Of a DNA stretch of 64,000 nt, positions 57,901 to 64,000 are shown piece by piece; within the stretch, counting starts at the first letter, position 1, and every line of letters begins with the position of its first letter. This DNA comes from Eubacteriales bacterium. GTDB taxonomy: Bacteria; Bacillota; Clostridia; Oscillospirales; CAG-272. The stretch lies in NCBI GenBank assembly GCA_045576315.1, contig JAZNGE010000003.1:3778-67777 (forward strand). Reading direction: 5' to 3'. The position numbers were made by a program, and so were the translations under genes. A model generated the notes under the pieces. It was given only the letters and a program-made list of their open reading frames with translations. It was not told the origin of the DNA and ran no database searches.

Positions 57901-57945
57901 ATAAAGAGCGACCTTTCGCTTGATTTCTACGTTGTTAAAAATTAA
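54916..57945 (+). CDS. large tail/baseplate structural protein
   Basis: 1009 aa, beta-rich, in the late operon. Confidence 0.65.
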   Translation: MNKFTVSLKRDGVWQPINATPVFPFSWGELLDERLDEAYITVYDSTEKTYRRLTDVKVTITNGSRVKEEYFIIASDNSYELPVGSGKYKHEIYLIERTKLLEGIYCSSITFTNAIGADFVNTNAKAVPQTRDIGLGGWDVPDGFVADFNPYQLAGSVVLPTPSQLADEMLPFVKEDAGSGYEVSEDYIIGSTIFNRTSAEVNGVTYGFNDPVTPNVEGSFIADYLLCYHDDNLTGGSYIRYPLRFYCAAVKNRLPLKRWSITDCIARACELAEPLFQGEKPKYRLEGVEYDENGKVIKPYTKGSLAEKYDKVFAPEFTATEDTLREQLKLILSYVHAEPWLDENDVIKVTEYGGTKNSAAASLPYVYNAVSSHINEYCTEIRSHAQNLVSSLGYARGVITDPGNGLYRSVRSDTAYVRINEGNAMAITNAPIYSIEKVYCGIATQDGTGWQLAPVEITPYVFEETEYSANLSSYAGGYPYSKQYAIYYTQGSPNLKGLFFKAPDAIDSANFSQFAISNILSLKTGKTAKNIDKLLTDAVGGAASLVFSISYKPISNHFVSHGKQLYVEGETPYMQLYNQSENLVESQYYGENLRGVAARLGNIEKERTFIIKNINDVPRVGEILDGYAISAVSCELYPFDIKCTVGLTKDFNRISEYVGINSQKRMYEISERAAVDRTLLIKETLVIGERPDDYNGDNQIFGELSPFYNAFDSDAANDNYKVSVARFQGKTSSGDPVTNNEVCLPVIARALGNIVTLNFSMKDNYSAGTKTQLITKADNASADVQGRWEQDVPYSDYYGRAWFADVWFYSGDLSTGRTPEELANFAYETPSESDILPPRKAYVRIDDHILRKDNRERISYNVELDIKTSREDIIIGSALADLCGWVNDTAVAPVMYYFDTSKYSVGKFDKIYTPHNDDIYAGSFASVAPDASAWKVARNGDGSLTLTVNPRGTDCGWVICTPITTRDEQVEDENGNPETVTYTEGGEILLASNTVIKSDLSLDFYVVKN

Positions 57946-57962
57946 AAAAAGGAGAGCATAAA

Positions 57963-60900
57963 ATGATTTTTTTATCTGATGCGGCAGGCGTAATAACCGC
58001 CGCAATTCCCGAAGCGATAAACCAGGGCAGCATTGGCGTAAACCGTATTGTGCTTATCGCGCCTTTTCCGTCAAATGCGGTAGTGTCGGCAACGTTCACT
58101 CTGCCTAACGGTATCAAGATCTATCCGCGATACGTAGGCGAGACCCCGGAGGACAATTACCCCTATCTGATGGGCGTTGTCGAGGCATTCGGCGACGGGG
58201 GTCTCACCATTGACGGTGTGACCGTAAACGCGTGGCAGCTCACGCTTGACAAGGCGATAACGCAGATCGCAGGCAAGGTAACGGTGCAGTTTTTGGTGAC
58301 TACCGCCGTGGGCACAACTGTACAGGGCGAGGGTGATATTACTGTCACCGACATCGTACCCGGATCTGCCGCGACTCTCGCAACCACCTCGGCAACCCTG
58401 CCGATAAATCGCGGAAATGCGTACATTTCACCTAGCGTTGACCCCACGCAGTTTGAGCTTATACAGCAGTATCTCGCGGCGGCAAACAATGCGGCAAATG
58501 AGGCCGGGGACTTTGCAAGCGAGGCAGAGGGCTTTGCCGAGAACGCGGCGGCAGAGTTCGAGAAAGCAAAGGAAGAAGCCGACAGAGCAAAGGAGCAGGC
58601 GGACAGATACTCCCCGTGGGACGTTGTGGCAAACCAGGAGACAGCTCTTGCAGTGCTTAACGGTATTGCAAATAGCGGTCTTAAATCTTATCTTTTCCTC
58701 AACGTTGATTTTACTAAGCTTAATCTTAACAGCTTTGTTGTTGGCAACGCGCCGCAAATAAACATCTCAAACTCCATCGAAAAGCTCGAATTTAGGGGCT
58801 GCACCTTTGAGAGTGCGCAGGGCGTGCCTCTCGCGCTTAAATTCTTTTACCAAGGCTCGCAGTGTTCTATTGCAGGCGCGAAGGGCGACGAGCTTGTAAT
58901 TCAAGGCTTTACCGACGTTATCGACTGTCGCGCAGCCCTTATCAAAGACTGCGAATACGTGACCGCTTGCGATGCGTACACACTCCATGATTGCGAAAGC
59001 GTGACCGACACGGCCGCCGAAAACTTCGTCGATTGTATCTTTGTCGACCCCTTCACCGTCATAGGCTTTGTGCCGACCACGGACGTCGGCAAAGTAGCGA
59101 CCCTCAGCGATGACGGAAAGTACAAGCCCGAGAGACTCGCAAAGACGATCCGCGCGAATGTCGATCAGAATAACTATAAAATAAAAATCACTCTTGACGA
59201 CGTAAACGGCAACGAAATGAGCGAGGCAGAAATCGACCTCCCCCTTGAGTCCGTTGTCGTTGGCGCGACCGTCTCCGATGACGGCACAAAGCTGATCCTC
59301 ACGCTCCAAAACGGTACCACCGTTGACGTCCCGATCTCCGACATCTTCCGTGGTCTTGCTACGGAGGAGTGGGTGAAGGAAAACACAATAGAAAAGCTCG
59401 AAAGCGAATACGACGAACAGGTTTACTCGCAGGACGCTAACGGCGAGATATCGTTGAGGCGTGTATCTCCGGTAACGTATGCAAACTCGATTGTACGGCG
59501 CGCTTCGGATGCTTCCATAACCATAAGATCTAACCCCTCACGAGACGATGAAGCAATAAACAAGGGATACGTTGACAACGCTATTGCAAATATCCCTCCG
59601 TACGACGTGGCAACCCAGCGCGTGGACTTAAACTACAACGCTGCCTTTCTCAAGCTCACTATCAACAATCTTCTCGACGGCAACTACGAGTCCTTCCAGC
59701 CGTTCGACCTCGTGTGCGTAGGTTCTGACGGTTTGCCGATGTCATCAATATGCACGATGTTTGTCGAGCAGTACGACCAAGTCCGTATGCTTGTGTATGA
59801 CTCAAAGTATCGAACACCCCCTCTGTATCCGCAATATTATACAAGTGAGGAAGGCAACGTTTACCTTTATTTTGATACGTACGGTGAATACCTCCAAGTC
59901 TTTATCCGTGGTCTCGTGGAGAAATGCACAAGTGCGACACTTGAAATTATTGACGCTTTGCCCGACGGTGTGCTTGATATAGACATTGAACGGCACGCCA
60001 TAGTAGGCGAAAGCTCGGGCGGTGCTGACATAGACGTAACCGCAGAGGTCGGACAAACGATAATCGTCAAAGAGGTTGATGCAAACGGCAAGCCTACGAA
60101 GTGGGAGAGTGCGGATTATCAACCGAGAATCGCGTGGACTGGCGAAAAAGTAATGCTTCCCGAACGTACTTTTACCGCAGGTATAGAAAGTAACAACGAT
60201 ACTACCATAGAGGGCGGATATCCTCCTATGGGATTAACGATTGGAAAACGCTATATTGTTGTTTTCGACGGTGTGCCTTATACCCGTGTCGCCGAAGCAG
60301 GAGTTGTGTCGCTTGACGGTGTAAATATGCTTAATGTCATCTCGATAGGAAACCTCGGTATGTTTGGTGGCACGGACAATGGCTTGCCTTTTGTTCTTGG
60401 AGATGTTCTTGATAATGACCCTCCCGCTTGGGCTTGTCTGCCTTACGTGTATGGAGAGCACACACTGTCCGTTACGGGTGTAGAAAAAGTACATAAAATC
60501 CCAACCAAGTACGTACCGACTCTCGAGGAGATGCGGACTGACGAAACCGTGGTTTTGCCCGAAACAACTGCCGAGGTTGATGCTGATGTGGATGGTGCAA
60601 TCCTTCCAGAATTTACGCTCGTTGGCGGTTCCAAGTACGCAGTAAAGTACAATGGCACAGAATATGTGTGCGAATGCTTCGGAGGTGATGGAGACGGTGA
60701 TGCTGTGGAGGAGTTCATAATGGGAAATTTAGGTGCGTTAGACGAAAGTTTCCCCATTACAAGTGAGCCGTTTGCAATAGTAACAGTTCCTGCAGATGGT
60801 TTCTACGTTATTGTCCCTCTCGACGGCGCAACAACTATCACGATATCTATTGCACAGGTTGATGTCACCACTATACCTCAAAAGTATGTGACAAATGCGT

Positions 60901-61211
60901 TTCCGTATTATGTCGAAGTTAGTGGCGAAGGAACTGCCGAAGACCCCTATGTTTGTACTGAAACTGTGGCGAATGTTCAAGCAATTTATACATCAGGTAG
61001 ACAAATCGTTATGCGAAATGTATACGGCGGCGGCTCGTTTTTCTACTATCTTTCTGGTGCTTTTGTGATTCCAACAGGTATTGGATTCACATTTGATAAA
61101 CACGCCGGCGGCAAAAATGCCGCTTACCTACACTTAGTGTATTGTTTCCCAAAGAGTGATGGAACTTATCTTATTACCGAATATGCGAGTGATTTGGACG
61201 ATATTGCTTAA
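57963..61211 (+). CDS. tail fibre/receptor-binding protein
   Basis: BppU-like N-terminus, coiled coil, repeated C-terminal modules. Confidence 0.65.
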   Translation: MIFLSDAAGVITAAIPEAINQGSIGVNRIVLIAPFPSNAVVSATFTLPNGIKIYPRYVGETPEDNYPYLMGVVEAFGDGGLTIDGVTVNAWQLTLDKAITQIAGKVTVQFLVTTAVGTTVQGEGDITVTDIVPGSAATLATTSATLPINRGNAYISPSVDPTQFELIQQYLAAANNAANEAGDFASEAEGFAENAAAEFEKAKEEADRAKEQADRYSPWDVVANQETALAVLNGIANSGLKSYLFLNVDFTKLNLNSFVVGNAPQINISNSIEKLEFRGCTFESAQGVPLALKFFYQGSQCSIAGAKGDELVIQGFTDVIDCRAALIKDCEYVTACDAYTLHDCESVTDTAAENFVDCIFVDPFTVIGFVPTTDVGKVATLSDDGKYKPERLAKTIRANVDQNNYKIKITLDDVNGNEMSEAEIDLPLESVVVGATVSDDGTKLILTLQNGTTVDVPISDIFRGLATEEWVKENTIEKLESEYDEQVYSQDANGEISLRRVSPVTYANSIVRRASDASITIRSNPSRDDEAINKGYVDNAIANIPPYDVATQRVDLNYNAAFLKLTINNLLDGNYESFQPFDLVCVGSDGLPMSSICTMFVEQYDQVRMLVYDSKYRTPPLYPQYYTSEEGNVYLYFDTYGEYLQVFIRGLVEKCTSATLEIIDALPDGVLDIDIERHAIVGESSGGADIDVTAEVGQTIIVKEVDANGKPTKWESADYQPRIAWTGEKVMLPERTFTAGIESNNDTTIEGGYPPMGLTIGKRYIVVFDGVPYTRVAEAGVVSLDGVNMLNVISIGNLGMFGGTDNGLPFVLGDVLDNDPPAWACLPYVYGEHTLSVTGVEKVHKIPTKYVPTLEEMRTDETVVLPETTAEVDADVDGAILPEFTLVGGSKYAVKYNGTEYVCECFGGDGDGDAVEEFIMGNLGALDESFPITSEPFAIVTVPADGFYVIVPLDGATTITISIAQVDVTTIPQKYVTNAFPYYVEVSGEGTAEDPYVCTETVANVQAIYTSGRQIVMRNVYGGGSFFYYLSGAFVIPTGIGFTFDKHAGGKNAAYLHLVYCFPKSDGTYLITEYASDLDDIA

Positions 61212-61274
61212 AAATTAAATAACAACGCACATCCCACAACGGGGTGTTAAACAAAACAACACGAGGTACTAAAA

Positions 61275-61553
61275 ATGAACTTCGAAGAAGTAAAACAAAA
61301 AATAAAAATCGCACAGGAAAAACGAGCGAAAGAGGCTGAAATACAGTCTCGCATATTCAAGCTCGAATTCCGTATAGGCGGTTTAAAATCCAAGCTCCAA
61401 TCCACCGATTACCAAGCCATCAAATATGCCGAGGGCGAGCTGACCGCAGAGGAATATGCCGATACCCTCGCACAGCGCAGAGCTTGGAGAGCCGAGATAA
61501 ATGCGCTTGAGGAAGAGATAAAGGCTATAAAGGAGGGTGCGAATGAAAATTAA
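61275..61553 (+). CDS. tail fibre assembly/XkdW-like protein
   Basis: LQSTDYQAIKYAEG..QRRAWRAEINALE. Confidence 0.65.
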   Translation: MNFEEVKQKIKIAQEKRAKEAEIQSRIFKLEFRIGGLKSKLQSTDYQAIKYAEGELTAEEYADTLAQRRAWRAEINALEEEIKAIKEGANEN

Positions 61554-61929
61554 AGTAACACTCGGTGCGGCGAGCTTTGCCGCGCACAATGAAATTATAA
61601 CCGTACCGGAGGAGAAGGTGGAGATCGCCTTCTCCTCTCCCATTTACCCCCTCGACAGCCTTATCATCACCGCACGCAAGGGCGCGGAGGTGAAGCAGTA
61701 CAGGCTGACCGAGGGTGCGGTAGACATCACCGAGCTTTGCAAGAGCGCAGGGCTCGTCGAAATGACCGCTACGCTCGAGGCGAGAGGCAAGGCGGCAAAG
61801 GTATGGCAGATAGAGCCGCTTGTAGTCAAGGAGCTTGACGGCGGGTTTGCCGTTATCCCCGAGCTTGTGGCTATACGCAAAGAAGTCGAGACCATTAAAC
61901 AGGCACTCGTCGAAATAACAAAGGATTAA
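61543..61929 (+). CDS. hypothetical phage protein
   Basis: RBS; operon context. Confidence 0.7.
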   Translation: MKIKVTLGAASFAAHNEIITVPEEKVEIAFSSPIYPLDSLIITARKGAEVKQYRLTEGAVDITELCKSAGLVEMTATLEARGKAAKVWQIEPLVVKELDGGFAVIPELVAIRKEVETIKQALVEITKD

Positions 61930-61943
61930 GGAGAAACAGAACA

Positions 61944-62648
61944 ATGAAAAGAATTTTTATAACCGTTATCGCGCTTGCGCTTGCGCTCGTGCTTTTCACC
62001 GTGCCTGCGTTTGCAGAGGAAGCGGCAGACACCACCACGACCGAGACCACCGAAACGGTCACAGACACCCCCACAGAGCCCGAAATTTCCGCGCCTAGCG
62101 AGGAAGAGCGATTTTATGATCAGATAGTCGATTTTGTTTCAAACGGCGCGAATTGGGCGAAAATCGGCGGCGTGGTGCTTGCTATAATCGCCGCGATCGG
62201 TGCAGTCACGGCAAACCTCAATAAAGTTAAGGCTATGATAGACGGCGTAACTGCTCTCCTTAAGGGCAAGGCGACCAAGGAAGAGACCGAGAAGATCGTG
62301 ACCGACAACTACAAGGTGCTTAAAAAGAGCTATGACGAGCAGTACGCGGAGCTTAAAACGCAGTACGACGAGCAGGCAGAGAGGAATACCGAGCTCACCG
62401 CCGTTATGACCGTGCTTGCGCTCCAGCTTGTTAAATCCCCCTATGCTCGCACCGAGATAATGGGGCTTCTTTCGGGCACCAAGGCTGTTGCAGGTGACGT
62501 AAAGGATATCGTCGAGGCGGTAGAGGAAGAGATCGCAAAGGCAGAAGCAGAGGAGGAAAAAGAGCCGACCCCTGCACTTGATGCGATCAAGGCAAGCGTA
62601 ACCACCACGGAAAGCACTGACACCGGCGCGATCAATATGGGGTGGTGA
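61944..62648 (+). CDS. signal peptide + TM + coiled-coil protein
   Basis: AFA cleavage site; TM segment KIGGVVLAIIAAIGAV. Confidence 0.7.
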   Translation: MKRIFITVIALALALVLFTVPAFAEEAADTTTTETTETVTDTPTEPEISAPSEEERFYDQIVDFVSNGANWAKIGGVVLAIIAAIGAVTANLNKVKAMIDGVTALLKGKATKEETEKIVTDNYKVLKKSYDEQYAELKTQYDEQAERNTELTAVMTVLALQLVKSPYARTEIMGLLSGTKAVAGDVKDIVEAVEEEIAKAEAEEEKEPTPALDAIKASVTTTESTDTGAINMGW

Positions 62649-62653
62649 TTTGA

Positions 62654-63061
62654 GTGTCGAAGATCTCAAAAATTAAGCTTATTGCCTTTCTGCTTTATGC
62701 GGTCGGCTTTACGTTTCAGTACACGATACCCGTTATCGTATACGGCTCGATATTGCCGTATACCAAGGAGGATATCGGGCGCGGTCTGACAGCCGCAGGC
62801 GTTGTCGCTCTGCTTATCATTTGCGCGGCGATAACCAAGCGCCTTAAAAAGCGCGTACACGAATGGAAAAGGGGCGCACTCCGCGCCCTTGTTCTTGCCG
62901 CATTTAAGGCGGTGCCGGTAATTATATTTACAATATTTCTGCGTTGGATCGAGCCGCTTTTGTTCTCGATGATACATTATTGGTATCGCATTCTGATACT
63001 GTTCGTTATCGGTTGGGCGTTTGATATCCTCGCAGAGATAACGGAGGCGAGCGCAGAATGA
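62654..63061 (+). CDS. multi-TM membrane protein (holin-like?)
   Basis: about 4 hydrophobic helices. Confidence 0.6.
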   Translation: MSKISKIKLIAFLLYAVGFTFQYTIPVIVYGSILPYTKEDIGRGLTAAGVVALLIICAAITKRLKKRVHEWKRGALRALVLAAFKAVPVIIFTIFLRWIEPLLFSMIHYWYRILILFVIGWAFDILAEITEASAE

Positions 63062-63936
63062 AAGGCAACGTATTTGAAAGCTACGATTCAGCCGTAGCGA
63101 CCACGACGGAGAAGATAAAACGCGCGGTTATAGACCTTTTCCCGTATCTTCTTATACTCGTCAATATTCTGTTTTTGGTGCTGAATACGTTGTTCACGGT
63201 GGGAATGCAAAACCCGTTCAGCCGTGACACGATAATCAAAACGCTTATGAGCTGCACAACCTCAACGCTTTCGTATGCGTGCTTTGTGACCTACGGGGAC
63301 CGCACCACGAGGAAAAACACCGGTTCTTTTGTCGATAATCTCAAGGTATGGGGCGTGATCTCCGAGCGCATCAGAAAGGGTGCGCACTTTGAGGGATTTA
63401 TCGACTATTGCAAGGCGGCGGTGGAGCGCGAGCGCGAGGAAAAGCGCATAGCCATAATCACCAATCACACGCGCATCACCGTGTCCGACTATGACGAGAT
63501 ATACCGCAAAATGACCTCGCGAGAGATAAAAGCGGTAGTTGGCGAGGGCAAGATAACCGCGCGAGAGGCTCATTTCCTGCGCAGGGCAAACGGAAACATT
63601 CGTGTGCGACCGATTAATCCCCTCTTGCTCCTTTGCGGCTCTACGGTCGAAAATTTGAACGATGCAGGCAGAGCGCGTGATGCTTCGGCAGTCGGCAGCA
63701 TACTCGCGCGCCCGGTATCCGTGCTTTCATTCTCGATGGTGCTTGCCGCCGTGACCTGCACGTATGACGGATTTACGATGACAACGCTTTACTCGATGCT
63801 GACCTCTGCGTTTATGATCTTCTTCTCCTCTTTCCTTGGATACGAGAAGGGAGCGAGCAACGCACGAAAGACGGAGGAAGCCGTCAAGAATAGAATAATA
63901 TTTCTTGAACGGTACGAAAAGACCGTCACGGAATAA
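63058..63936 (+). CDS. membrane protein (2TM-soluble-2TM)
   Basis: hydrophobic helix pairs at both ends. Confidence 0.65.
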   Translation: MKGNVFESYDSAVATTTEKIKRAVIDLFPYLLILVNILFLVLNTLFTVGMQNPFSRDTIIKTLMSCTTSTLSYACFVTYGDRTTRKNTGSFVDNLKVWGVISERIRKGAHFEGFIDYCKAAVEREREEKRIAIITNHTRITVSDYDEIYRKMTSREIKAVVGEGKITAREAHFLRRANGNIRVRPINPLLLLCGSTVENLNDAGRARDASAVGSILARPVSVLSFSMVLAAVTCTYDGFTMTTLYSMLTSAFMIFFSSFLGYEKGASNARKTEEAVKNRIIFLERYEKTVTE

Positions 63937-63941
63937 AACCA

Positions 63942-63980
63942 AGAGCCCCAAGGCAACAACGCCACGGGGCTCTTTTTTTC
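63942..63980 (+). terminator. terminator ending the late operon
   Basis: agagccc..ggc..gcc..gggctct followed by a T-run. Confidence 0.8.
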
Positions 63981-64000
63981 TTTTTATTCATACCGCAACG

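Larger units (their letters stand above)
43872..64000 (+). mobile_element. tailed prophage (head and tail modules), continues beyond window
   Basis: terminase, portal, minor capsid, scaffold, capsid and tail genes directly after tRNA-Trp; GGGGTA repeats at 43960-44015 resemble integrase arm sites. Confidence 0.88.

Noticed and set aside
57963-61553. Diversity-generating retroelement target
   Set aside because: No reverse transcriptase and no TR/VR repeat pair seen
43872-64000. Stop-codon recoding in the prophage
   Set aside because: Genes tile contiguously in code 11; the phage tRNA is not a suppressor

Overview
Bacillota (Clostridia-like) chromosomal window in three parts. (1) About 1-18.3 kb is an integrated element abutting the 3' end of tRNA-Leu(GAG); its left end and any integrase lie outside the window. 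Its + strand carries two sigma-r4/HTH regulators, small basic and beta-rich proteins, three membrane-anchored Ig-like proteins that all end in a free Big_2-type strand, a large secreted C-anchored protein, a polytopic Zot/pI-like ATPase, an HUH rolling-circle Rep and a hairpin origin. Its - strand carries an anti-defence-type operon (PcfJ, PcfK-MutS-I fusion, ArdA-like, small acidic ORFs) behind a ~280-nt hairpin that appears to build a correctly spaced sigma-70 promoter for that operon only when the + strand is single-stranded (Frpo-like). This inovirus-related ssDNA element is the best candidate for an undescribed system. (2) About 18.4-43.9 kb is host DNA: GH2/EamA, nagBA, a flotillin behind a yybP-ykoY riboswitch, rpmB, proBAC, ktrAB, tRNAs and a YtrA-type GntR/ABC operon. 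(3) About 43.9-64 kb is a tailed prophage starting at tRNA-Trp, with its own tRNA-Thr, morons, a terminase/portal/capsid module, no recognisable tape measure or endolysin, and three terminal membrane proteins. All family calls come from motifs read by eye; no database searches were run.
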